From Myxococcales bacterium (lineage in GTDB: Bacteria > Myxococcota_A > Bradymonadia > UBA7976 > UBA1532), in the NCBI GenBank assembly GCA_009692505.1, contig SHZC01000002.1, forward strand, positions 1,581 through 65,580: a DNA stretch of 64,000 nucleotides, given 5' to 3'. The notes under the pieces were generated by a model, which worked only from the letters and a program-made list of their open reading frames with translations, was not told the DNA's origin and searched no databases. Positions 25,769-34,485 of this stretch are shown here, piece by piece. The first letter of the stretch is position 1. Every line of letters begins with the position of its first letter. The translations under genes were made by a program, and so were the position numbers.

Positions 25769-26178
25769 CTTAAGCTCGCCTCTCGGCGCAGCCGAGCGAC
25801 AACCGGGGCATCGGCCGGTGGCAGCGGCAGCTCGAGGATCTCCGCGATCGACAGCCAGCGCAGCTCGGTCACCTCCAAGCACTGAGGTTCACCGCCAACA
25901 TGGCCGCATTGATAGACGAGCAGGAGCACCTCTTTCTCCGGGTAGACATGATGCCCAACCGCGAAGACCTCGCCGACCTCGACCTCAATGCCCAGCTCTT
26001 CGGCGAGCTCACGGGTGAGGGCGACCTCGGGTGACTCGCCCGCCTCGATCTTGCCGCCGGGAAACTCCCAGCAGAGCGGCAGGTGCCCTCCGGCGAGGCG
26101 CCGCGTCAGCAGATAGAGCGGCTCGGTGGCATGGGAGATGAGGCCCGCGACGACGACGATGCGCCGGGGATCGCTCAC
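25765..26178 (-). CDS. NUDIX hydrolase (MutT-like)
   Basis: A complete NUDIX box is present: GGKIEAGESPEVALTRELAEELGIEV. Confidence 0.9.
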   Translation of the reverse strand: MSDPRRIVVVAGLISHATEPLYLLTRRLAGGHLPLCWEFPGGKIEAGESPEVALTRELAEELGIEVEVGEVFAVGHHVYPEKEVLLLVYQCGHVGGEPQCLEVTELRWLSIAEILELPLPPADAPVVARLRREASLR

Positions 26179-26480
26179 CTCAAGAAGCCCGCGCCCACCT
26201 TGCTCTTCTCGACGCGAGACGCGGTCTTGAGCCCCACGATGACGCTGTAGGGGAGCGTATAGGTGCTGTCGAGGCAGGTGACGCGCATGAACCCATCGAA
26301 CAACTCCATCGAGCCGACCTTGGCGAGGGGCGCGGGAGAGCCGCCTCCCCCCTTCAGGAGCAACTCGAAGGCGATGGTCTCCTCGACCGCGTACCCCTTC
26401 TCGGTCTTCTTCAGGCCGGGTTCCTGGTCGAGCATTCGCTCCAGAAGATCACGTGGAATCTGACTCTCTTTGATGCTCAT
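26175..26480 (-). CDS. Small conserved-looking protein, unknown function
   Basis: 101 aa with 4-nt overlaps on both sides. Soluble, with no recognisable motif. Confidence 0.6.
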   Translation of the reverse strand: MSIKESQIPRDLLERMLDQEPGLKKTEKGYAVEETIAFELLLKGGGGSPAPLAKVGSMELFDGFMRVTCLDSTYTLPYSVIVGLKTASRVEKSKVGAGFLR

Positions 26481-27844
26481 CGAATGGGCTCCAGATCACA
26501 GCGGCGAACGCACAATTTAGGACCGGCCTCGGCAGGTGCGCCGGGCATGGACATTAACTCGAGGGCGACGCACTGGTAGCCCTGCGGACACTCGTTGGGG
26601 GCCTCTTGACAGGGCTCGAAGCAGTAGTCCCCTTGGGCGTTGCCCTCAGGATCCTGCAGGCTCAGGCACTCATTGCCCCCGCCGCCACAGGCCAACTCGT
26701 CCATGGGGTCGCAAGGGGACTCGCAGTGACGGCCACCTGCGGGCTGGCAGAGGCCCGAGCCCTGGTCGCAGACCTCTCCGAAGGCGCACTGAAAGTTCGA
26801 AACGCAGCCTCGCGTGACGCACCGGCCGTCTGTGCACGCCTTTGTAGCGTCCAGGCAGTCATCGTCCCGCTCGCAGCCCGCGACGCAGCGTTGCTGATCG
26901 CGGTCGCAGTGGGTTTCGGGTGCCGGGCAGTCGCTGCTTGAGGTGCACCCGCCGACGACGCCGCAACGTCCGGCCGGGTCGCAGGTCTGGCCGTCCGAGC
27001 AGTCGCCGTCGCCCTGGCATGGGGGACTGCACCGCGACCCCACGCAGACCTGCAGGTTCGGACAGCTCGAGTCGAGCGTGCAGCCTGGCCGGCACTGTCC
27101 GGCCTCGTCGCAGAAGCGGCCGCGCATGCAGTCTCCGTCCCCTTCGCACTCGGTCGAAGCCACGCACTCGCCCGAGCGAGGTAGGCAGGCCATGGCGCCG
27201 TCGGCCAGCGGCGTGCATGCGTATCCCGGACCGAGCGCGTCGCAGTTCCCTTGTCCGGCGCAGCCTCTGAGGCAGTGGTTTCGGCCGGCCGCGCCAATAG
27301 GAAGACAAATATCTGTTCCTCGCTGACAGCCTTTGACGTTCGGGTCGCAGAGGTCACACGGCGCGCCGCGAGGCTTGCACCGGCCAGAGCACGGGTCGCA
27401 GAAGTCGGCGACGACGCACTGGAGATCGGACAGGCAGGGGTTCCCCTCGTCGGCTACACAGAGGTCGTGGCAGTCGCAGGTGGTCCCCACGCCGCAGGCG
27501 CCGTTCGGACCGCAGCCTTGGAGTTCGCGGCACAGACCGGCGGCCTCGTCGCAGGTGCCCCGCTCACCGCACTCAAAGTCGTCCGCGCAGCGGGGTCGGC
27601 AGCGCCCATCCACACGATCACAGCGAAGGCCCGCCGCGCAGCCGGAATCGTCGACACAGGGGGGAACCCCGGCGAATCCTCCGCCCGCTCCGCCGCTTGG
27701 CCCCAAAACGCCCGCAGCGCCCGCGTCGTCGAAAGGGCTCGAGGTGCCCCCGCCGCCCGAGGTCCCGACATCAAGCGACGCACCCTCAGTCCCGCCTCGA
27801 CAAGCCGGGACAAGGAGCATCACGACGAACACCAAGACCCTCAT
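26477..27844 (-). CDS. Cysteine-rich repeat secreted protein / possible lipoprotein
   Basis: MRVLVFVVMLLVPAC signal. It contains dozens of Cys in reiterated C..D.DC...(G).C....C..C units, like myxobacterial disulfide-rich repeats. Confidence 0.75.
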   Translation of the reverse strand: MRVLVFVVMLLVPACRGGTEGASLDVGTSGGGGTSSPFDDAGAAGVLGPSGGAGGGFAGVPPCVDDSGCAAGLRCDRVDGRCRPRCADDFECGERGTCDEAAGLCRELQGCGPNGACGVGTTCDCHDLCVADEGNPCLSDLQCVVADFCDPCSGRCKPRGAPCDLCDPNVKGCQRGTDICLPIGAAGRNHCLRGCAGQGNCDALGPGYACTPLADGAMACLPRSGECVASTECEGDGDCMRGRFCDEAGQCRPGCTLDSSCPNLQVCVGSRCSPPCQGDGDCSDGQTCDPAGRCGVVGGCTSSSDCPAPETHCDRDQQRCVAGCERDDDCLDATKACTDGRCVTRGCVSNFQCAFGEVCDQGSGLCQPAGGRHCESPCDPMDELACGGGGNECLSLQDPEGNAQGDYCFEPCQEAPNECPQGYQCVALELMSMPGAPAEAGPKLCVRRCDLEPIR

Positions 27845-29943
27845 CGGTCGATATTAAACGGCAGGCTGAGTGCCTGATTTGTGCCATCGAAGGCCGGCAC
27901 CTTGAGGCCGGCGAGGGCCGAGCGGATGCACGAGCTGCCCGCGCCGGTGGCCCCCTCCATGCGAACATTGATGATGTCCCCACGGGGGAGAATGGTCGCC
28001 TTCACCTCAAAGCTCCGTCGCGCCGGATCCCGACGGATCTCCTCCTGGAGGCACCGCACGATCTGTGGATTGCGATTGGTCACCGCGGCGTTCATCGCGC
28101 TCGCGTCGAATGAACGCCCCGTATTGCCCGCGCTCGCGTCGAGCTCGCTGGCCGACGCAAGCCTCTCCTCGTTCGCGACGCGGCGCGCCTCATCCCGGGC
28201 GCGATTGATCGCGGTGGAACTGGACTTCGCGCGCTGCCGATCCTCGACCTCGGCCGGCGTCTCCGGCGCCTCGTCGGGCAGGAGCACCTGCGGCAGGGGG
28301 GTCTGCCACTCGACGACGAGAGCGCCGAGCATGGCCTTCTCGGGCGCGGGTAATGAGCTCTGGTACCAGGCGTAGCCGCCACCCACGCCGCCACAGACAA
28401 TCGCGATGGTGGCCGTGAGCGTCAGGAACATCCGTGTGCGGCGTCGTTCCGAGGCCTCACGAGCCTCCTCCGCGCGCCGCTTCTCCCGCTCGGACTTCTC
28501 ATGAATCCAGGAGACGAGCGCCTCATCGAAGATCGAGTGCTCCGACAAGGGTAGACGTTTGTCTGTTTCAATGTCGTAGAGATTGCTGGCGGACGACACC
28601 TCTTCGGCGAAGAGCTTTTCGATGACCTGCTTGCTGTTGAACGGGCCGAAATCGACGCCGCCCTTTTCAACCAGCCAGCGTTGGGACGTGCCGTCGTCTT
28701 CGACCGCTGCCGCGACCTTCAGCTCCGGAATGATGAAGCCTGAGCCCTCCTCCTTGCGCCTTTGGGGAGGGCCGGCCTTCTTGCGTTGGGCGGTCACGCC
28801 AGGCGACTGCGGAGGCTGCGGCCGGCCAGCCATCGCGACGATCGGGGACATCGCCGGCGTCTCGGACGCGATGAGGTGGCCGCCGTCCGCGCCGTCCTGT
28901 TCCTCGCCCTCGGCGTCGACCCCCCGTGCGGCCTCAATCACCCGGAGGAGCTCGATCTTGAGGGTGTTGGGGTCACGTATCCGGCGGGGATCGTCGAGCA
29001 TGAGGCAGCGGGCGACGAGCTCATCGGTCCCGGCCGGCAATCGGCGCGCGAGCTCTGGAAGGAGGGTCCGCTCACCTTTGGGCAGCTCGAGGGGCCTGCC
29101 AGTGAGGAGCGCGTACAGGATGGCGCCGAGCGCGTAGACATCGTCGGCGGTCGAGACCGAGGACGGGACCGCCCGCCCAGCCTCGCGGCCCGCGCCCTCG
29201 TCGAGGTCCGACGAGAGGCTGTTGTCCTGCTCGTTGGCCTCATCCGGCGCGCGGGCATCACGGGGTCTCTGCCCCTCGGCCGACTCGGGAAAACAAGGGC
29301 TGTCCCATCGGCTCAACGCCTCGCGGCGATCGACCAAGGCTGAGCGAATGGCCCCGACCCCGAAGTCCGCGACCTTGACCCGGCCGGTTCGATTGATGAG
29401 CACCGCGCCGGGACGAAGCGTGCCGTGCGGCATATTCGGGAGCATGAACTGCAGGGCGTTGCAGACGTGCGCGATGAGGTTGTAGGCGCCCTTCAGCGTG
29501 AAGTTCTTGCCGGCCTCGGCCTTCTTTTGAAGGAGCTCGGAGAGGGTCTGACCGTCGACATATTCGCGGGCGATGTACCGGCGACGGCCCTCTTTGCCCA
29601 AGCCAAAGACACTGACGAGGTTCTTGTGCGCGAGGCCCGTGGCGACCTTGATGTGAGACCGGAGCTCCTCGGTCGCGCCTCGATCACCGGCCAGCGTCCC
29701 GTCGAGCATGACGATGACGATCTTCTTGCCGCTCTTCTCATCGACGGCCCGGTAGACGCCCCCGAGCACGTCGTCCCGCAGGCGCTCATCGATGACGAAA
29801 CGCGTGCCGACCGTGTCGCCTTGCTTCAGTCGAACCAGCTCTACTGGTGTGACGACGGGTGCCGCGGCCAACTCGCTCTGGGCTGATTTCTCGGTTTGCA
29901 CCGCGGCGATTCTTTCTTTCACCTCTGCCGGACTTTCACCCAT
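27841..29943 (-). CDS. Membrane Ser/Thr pseudokinase with AgmX/PglI-type (TonB-C-like) C-terminal domain
   Basis: The kinase fold is recognisable (YIAREYVDGQTL, VADFGVG). However VAIK reads VIVM and HRDLKPxN reads HGTLRPGA. One TM segment (MFLTLTATIAIVCGGVGGGYAWY). The C-terminal ~90 aa resemble the tail of the 55672..56976 product. Confidence 0.75.
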   Translation of the reverse strand: MGESPAEVKERIAAVQTEKSAQSELAAAPVVTPVELVRLKQGDTVGTRFVIDERLRDDVLGGVYRAVDEKSGKKIVIVMLDGTLAGDRGATEELRSHIKVATGLAHKNLVSVFGLGKEGRRRYIAREYVDGQTLSELLQKKAEAGKNFTLKGAYNLIAHVCNALQFMLPNMPHGTLRPGAVLINRTGRVKVADFGVGAIRSALVDRREALSRWDSPCFPESAEGQRPRDARAPDEANEQDNSLSSDLDEGAGREAGRAVPSSVSTADDVYALGAILYALLTGRPLELPKGERTLLPELARRLPAGTDELVARCLMLDDPRRIRDPNTLKIELLRVIEAARGVDAEGEEQDGADGGHLIASETPAMSPIVAMAGRPQPPQSPGVTAQRKKAGPPQRRKEEGSGFIIPELKVAAAVEDDGTSQRWLVEKGGVDFGPFNSKQVIEKLFAEEVSSASNLYDIETDKRLPLSEHSIFDEALVSWIHEKSEREKRRAEEAREASERRRTRMFLTLTATIAIVCGGVGGGYAWYQSSLPAPEKAMLGALVVEWQTPLPQVLLPDEAPETPAEVEDRQRAKSSSTAINRARDEARRVANEERLASASELDASAGNTGRSFDASAMNAAVTNRNPQIVRCLQEEIRRDPARRSFEVKATILPRGDIINVRMEGATGAGSSCIRSALAGLKVPAFDGTNQALSLPFNIDR

Positions 29944-30074
29944 ACCGGGCTCTCACCACTTGAAACCGCGCGATTGTGCCGACCCCCGGGGTCACGTGCA
30001 AGGCAGGACGGCATCGACCGCGGGGAGCACCGTCAGCGTTGACAGCGCGAGGTCGCCTTCGGTACTTCGACGCC

Positions 30075-30752
30075 ATGCTTGACCCAGCCCATTTTCACAG
30101 AGGTAACCGCACCACGTCGGCACCCGGTGTGGCGCTCGCCTTCATGCTCTTCTTTGGCCTTCAGGGCTGCGCCGAGAATGTCGATCCCTCGACGCCGGAT
30201 GGAGCGCTCCATGTGCTGCGCGCGGCCATCATGAAAAAAAATGCGACCGCTGTCCTGGAGCTGTGCACGGCCGAGACGCGCAAACAGGTCACCGATCTCC
30301 ACGGCTTGCTGGCGGCGCAGAGCAAGATCATCGGCGAGTCGTACCCCGAGCCCCAACGCGTGGCCGCCCGAGCTGCCTACCCGGCCGGCCTGCTCGACGC
30401 GAAGTCCCCGGAGACGCTGTTCGGGGCTCTGATCGAGCGCGGTTTGAAGGATCTGCCCGCTTCGGAGGGGCTCGAGTTTGGAATGACCGCCCAGGGTCGG
30501 CCCTCCATCGAAGGGGAGCAGGCATCCGTCACAAGTCAAGCGGGCGAGGCCTACGAGTTTCGGCTCGAGGGCGGCGAATGGAAAGCCCAGACCTTCGAGC
30601 GTGAGGTCTCGGCCACGATCAATCGTGCGCGACTGTTCCAGCAGACCATCGACGAGAACCTCAACGTCATCGCGGAGCTGAATCGTCTGGAGGTGGCTCG
30701 AAAGGCCCGGGACGCGGCGACCTCCGGCTCCGCCACACCCTCCGCGCCCTGA
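30075..30752 (+). CDS. Lipoprotein, unknown function
   Basis: ORF 29976..30752 trimmed to ATG 30075. VALAFMLFFGLQGCAEN has a signal peptide and lipobox. Confidence 0.65.
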   Translation: MLDPAHFHRGNRTTSAPGVALAFMLFFGLQGCAENVDPSTPDGALHVLRAAIMKKNATAVLELCTAETRKQVTDLHGLLAAQSKIIGESYPEPQRVAARAAYPAGLLDAKSPETLFGALIERGLKDLPASEGLEFGMTAQGRPSIEGEQASVTSQAGEAYEFRLEGGEWKAQTFEREVSATINRARLFQQTIDENLNVIAELNRLEVARKARDAATSGSATPSAP

Positions 30753-30787
30753 AGTCTCGGTCTGCAGGCCTCCTTTCGCTCCGGTGA

Positions 30788-31315
30788 TCATCGCAACGAA
30801 CACCCGAGCAAAGGCCGCAGGGGCTCGAAGGCCGCAGGGCTCATTCGAGCGGCGATGCGCGCCTCATCCACGGTCCGACATCGGGCCGCGATGATCTTCC
30901 GCGCCCGCGCAGGCCCAATGCCGGGCAGCGCCACGAGCGCGGCCTCGTCGGGTTCGCAGACGTCGGCCGGGAGCCCCAGTGCGACGCGGTCCGCCCCGGG
31001 CATCGGTGCCAGATGAACCCGGCAGGGAGAGAAGCTGAGGTCGAGCACGAGGCTTTGCCCCGCTTCAACCTGGGGCCGAGCGCCTTCGGGCAGGCCACAG
31101 GCCGCGAGCGCTTCATCAAGCTCGGCGTGAGTACAGGCTAGAAGCCTCGGACGTGAGCCCCGTTGTACATAGACCGGCGACCCGCAGCGGGCACTGTCGA
31201 CCACTTTCGGCCCCCCCATCAGCCATGGCCGCCAAGGGTAGGCGGCCATGAGCACCGCGAGGAGCGAGCTGAACACCACGATCGGCTGCATGTGCGGAGA
31301 CCTGCTTCCGGGCAC
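30788..31315 (-). CDS. ComEA-like helix-hairpin-helix DNA-binding protein
   Basis: N-terminal TM. C-terminal ALVALPGIGPARARKIIAAR is a HhH motif. The start is GTG 31315 or ATG 31291. Confidence 0.6.
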   Translation of the reverse strand: MPGSRSPHMQPIVVFSSLLAVLMAAYPWRPWLMGGPKVVDSARCGSPVYVQRGSRPRLLACTHAELDEALAACGLPEGARPQVEAGQSLVLDLSFSPCRVHLAPMPGADRVALGLPADVCEPDEAALVALPGIGPARARKIIAARCRTVDEARIAARMSPAAFEPLRPLLGCSLR

Positions 31316-31419
31316 TCATCGCGACGACGATCGCCGTGAGTCCGAGTGCCTGAAGAAGAGGTCGGTCAGCCTCGACCCGTGTCGCAGAGAATCGTCGGTC
31401 GCCGCACAGAAATCTCGGT

Positions 31420-32145
31420 TCAGCGTGGTGGCCCGGCAACCGAGGCGCGGAGCTCTGCAGGCCGGTCACAGAAGACCCCGTCCACGCCCATGTGCTCAAG
31501 CCGACGGGCCAAACCGGCCTCGTTCACCGTCCAGACATTGACGTCGACACCCAAGCCGTGGAGCGCGTCGACGAGGGCTCGAGAGATGAGGCGATCGTTT
31601 GCGTGAAGCGCCTGAGCCCGGGCCCGCTCGAGCACCCAGAACGGGAACGCCTCGCGGAGTCGCACGTTGAGCGCGAGGGACGAGGTCCCCATGATCACCG
31701 CCCGACGCAGGGACGGCGCGAGGTCCGCCGCGGCGTATAGGGCGGCGAGCTCGAAGCTCGACAAGACGATCTCGTCGTCGACACGCAGCTGCCGGACAAG
31801 CCGGACCGTCCGCTCGAGCGCGCGCCCATGTTTGAGCTCGATGTTCACGGGCACGCGGCCTCGGCAAAGCTCAAGGACCTCCGCGAGTCGAGGGAGAGAC
31901 GCGCCGCCGGGCAAGATGTGCGCGGAGACCTGAGCGGCCGTGAGCGAGGAGAGCGGCGTCGACTGACCGGGCAAGGTCTCGTCGTGGTACACCACGAGCT
32001 CGCCAGCGTCCGTCAGCCAGACATCCAGCTCGACCATGTCCGCGCCATCCCGAATCGCCTGCTCGAAAGCGGGGAGCGTGTTCTCCGTTGGCAGCCCACT
32101 CCCCTCCCCTGAGGAATGACTTCCCCGATGGCCGATGAAAAGCAT
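31420..32145 (-). CDS. ugpQ: Glycerophosphodiester phosphodiesterase
   Basis: Motifs MLFIGHRGS, ENTLPAFEQAIRDGADMVELDVWLTDAGELVVYHD and VNVWTVN. Confidence 0.85.
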   Translation of the reverse strand: MLFIGHRGSHSSGEGSGLPTENTLPAFEQAIRDGADMVELDVWLTDAGELVVYHDETLPGQSTPLSSLTAAQVSAHILPGGASLPRLAEVLELCRGRVPVNIELKHGRALERTVRLVRQLRVDDEIVLSSFELAALYAAADLAPSLRRAVIMGTSSLALNVRLREAFPFWVLERARAQALHANDRLISRALVDALHGLGVDVNVWTVNEAGLARRLEHMGVDGVFCDRPAELRASVAGPPR

Positions 32146-32217
32146 GGACGTGCGCCGAGCGAGACAGTTGCCCGCTCGATTACGACTGATGGCGCGTCAA
32201 AGCAAGGGTGGGTCCAT

Positions 32218-32301
32218 CCACGCGCCCTTTGGGCTGGCCCACGCGCCCTTTGGGCTGGCCCACGCGGCCATTGGGCTGAGCCACGCGGCCATTGGGCTGA
32301 G
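32218..32301. repeat. Four tandem 21-bp units in an A-A-B-B pattern (A = ccacgcgccctttgggctggc, B = ccacgcggccattgggctgag)
   Basis: Read directly. The units are perfect within each pair. They lie between the divergent ugpQ start (32145) and the likely hydrolase start (32305). Unit A contains the palindrome GCCCTTTGGGC. Confidence 0.95.
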
Positions 32302-32304
32302 CGG

Positions 32305-33153
32305 TTGATTCGTGCGCGAGCTCGCTCCAAGGGCTTCGAGAGTCGGTGGGTCGACACCAGCCTGGGCCGCCTTCACGCCTTCGAGGCCAAGGGCACGGGT
32401 GCCCTTGGCCGCATCATCGCCATTCACGGGCTCGGCTCGGGGGGCATGCCGTTTGTTCGCACGCTCCAGGCTCTTCGGGCGACGTTTGGGTCCGTCTGCG
32501 TGCTCGAGAGCCCAGGCCACGGCTTCAGCGAGGCTCCGAAGGATCCGCTGACGCCGGAGAGCTGGCTTGCCTGCGTGCATGAGGCGCTCGACACGCTGCT
32601 GCTCGGCTCGGAGCGCGCGACGCTCCTGGGGAACTCGCTCGGCGGCGCGCTCTCGATGCAGTACGCCTTGAGGCAGCCGGAGCGTCTAGATCGGATGATC
32701 CTGTGCTCACCGGCGGGCGCGCCGCTCACGACGTTGGAGCATACGGCGCTGCGGTCCACGTTCGCGATCGTGACCTTGGCCGATGCCCGCCGGTTCATCG
32801 ATCGGCTGATGGCACGCTCCCCGCTCTGGGGTCCGCTGGTCGCCCCGGAGATTCGACGAAGGCTGACGAAGCCGGCCCTCATGGAGTTCTTCGAGCGACT
32901 CGAACCCGGGCACTTCCTCTCGGCCGAAGACCTTGGCGCCCTCACGACGCCGACGCTCATCCTCTGGGGAGAAGGTGATCGCATCCTGCCGCGCTCGGCC
33001 TTCGAGTGGTTCACCCACAACGCCCCCCCGAGCTTGACCTGCGAGATCATGCCCGGCGTCGGTCACTGCCCTCAGATTGAGCGCCCGGCCCACCTCGCCC
33101 GGCGCATCACCGCGTTCGTCAGCGAGAGCCACCCTCCAGGTGAGTCGAGATGA
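32305..33153 (+). CDS. Alpha/beta-fold hydrolase
   Basis: IIAIHGLGSGG, the nucleophile elbow LLGNSLGGALSM, and a C-terminal GVGHCPQIE. The start is uncertain. TTG 32305 gives a normal-length protein. ATG 32116 would overlap ugpQ and translate the 21-bp repeats as PRALWAG/PRGHWAE heptads. Confidence 0.7.
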   Translation: MIRARARSKGFESRWVDTSLGRLHAFEAKGTGALGRIIAIHGLGSGGMPFVRTLQALRATFGSVCVLESPGHGFSEAPKDPLTPESWLACVHEALDTLLLGSERATLLGNSLGGALSMQYALRQPERLDRMILCSPAGAPLTTLEHTALRSTFAIVTLADARRFIDRLMARSPLWGPLVAPEIRRRLTKPALMEFFERLEPGHFLSAEDLGALTTPTLILWGEGDRILPRSAFEWFTHNAPPSLTCEIMPGVGHCPQIERPAHLARRITAFVSESHPPGESR

Positions 33154-33775
33154 ATGCGGGGAGCTCGTCAAGTGCCTTGACGACATGTCCGGTGCCGAGA
33201 CGCGCCCGCCCCCAACCGACACAGATGAACGGGCAGCCGGCGGCGAGCGCGGCCTCCTGATCCACAACAGTGTCCCCGACGAAGACGGTCTGACTTGGAG
33301 GGGCCCCCAAGAGCGCGCAGCCGTGAAGCACCGGCTCGGGTGAAGGCTTACGGACCGGGAGGGTGTCCCCGCAGACCACGGCCTGAAAGAGGGCCGACCA
33401 GCCGAGTCGGTCCAGGATCGGCAGCGTGAAGTAGCTCGGCTTGTTGGTGACCAAGCCCAGCCGCCGCCCCCGAAGTCCTTTGAACATCGACACGACACCC
33501 GGATACGGCCGCGACCGCACGAGCAGGTGCGTCTCATAGTGGGCGATGAAGTGCTCACGCGCAGAGGCGCGCTCTTCCGGCGAGACCTCCGGGATGGCCC
33601 CCTCCAATAAGGCGAGGAGCCCGTGGCCGACATGACACTCGACCTGCGAATCGTCGAGGCGAGCGAGGCCGAGCGCCACTCGGGCCGCGTTGGCGGCGTC
33701 GGCGAGATCACCGGTGCTGTCGAGCAGGGTGCCGTCGAGATCGAAGAGGACCGCGAGGTTGGTGGGCTGATACAT
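33119..33775 (-). CDS. gph: HAD-family phosphatase (phosphoglycolate phosphatase-like)
   Basis: ORF trimmed to ATG 33775. Motif I VLFDLDGTLLDS, then LGLVTNK and FVGDTVVDQEAA. Confidence 0.8.
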   Translation of the reverse strand: MYQPTNLAVLFDLDGTLLDSTGDLADAANAARVALGLARLDDSQVECHVGHGLLALLEGAIPEVSPEERASAREHFIAHYETHLLVRSRPYPGVVSMFKGLRGRRLGLVTNKPSYFTLPILDRLGWSALFQAVVCGDTLPVRKPSPEPVLHGCALLGAPPSQTVFVGDTVVDQEAALAAGCPFICVGWGRARLGTGHVVKALDELPAFISTHLEGGSR

Positions 33776-33954
33776 GGGCAGCCCCATGCCCGATTGGTGC
33801 GGGATTAAGTGTGAAAAATCACCGTCTGCCAAAAAAAGAGTGTCGTCGACGCCCAAATGTGGCACATCGTCCGGATCAGTGTCCGTACCCTTTGGCCGGT
33901 CGCAAAGCTGCGCCCGTTCAAAAACCTCTCAAACACCGTCGTGAGGATCGTTAT

Positions 33955-34416
33955 ATGAAGGCCATTCACTTTGCCCCGGCCGTCCTTTTCGTCGCCGCCT
34001 GCGCCGGCACCGACACCCGCGACGCGAGCTCGGGCTTCGAGCTCGTCGGTGGCGAGTTCGTGGAGGTCCAGCAGCTCGATCTGACCGCGGAGAACCGGAC
34101 CTTCGTTGTCGCCGTCAGTGACGACGGCAGCGTGGCCCCCGACCTTACGGTGCGTGGCCGCGCCGGTGAGCGCCCCCTGACCGACTGGATCGCCAACCTC
34201 GCGGTGGCCCACTCGTACTCCTCGATCACGTCGGACGACGGCCAGCTCGTCATCATCACGAACATCGACGACATCAACGAGGGCAAGACCCCCGAGGAGC
34301 TCGCCAGCGACGCCCGCGAGCAGGCCAATATGGGCCAGAACTGCCCCGAGCAGTGCCTGCACTGCCCCGAGGACAGCGTCTTCCTCTGCCAGACCCTCTG
34401 CAGCGCCCAGCACTGA
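33955..34416 (+). CDS. Lipoprotein with Cys-rich C-terminus
   Basis: ORF trimmed to ATG 33955, with GAGGA 8 nt upstream. MKAIHFAPAVLFVAACAG lipobox. The C-terminus is NCPEQCLHCPEDSVFLCQTLC. Confidence 0.6.
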   Translation: MKAIHFAPAVLFVAACAGTDTRDASSGFELVGGEFVEVQQLDLTAENRTFVVAVSDDGSVAPDLTVRGRAGERPLTDWIANLAVAHSYSSITSDDGQLVIITNIDDINEGKTPEELASDAREQANMGQNCPEQCLHCPEDSVFLCQTLCSAQH

Positions 34417-34485
34417 GCTCGCCGACCGGCTCTCTTCCGGTCCGTCTCGTCTGACACGCCCTCCCTTCAACCCAGTGAGGGTCCC

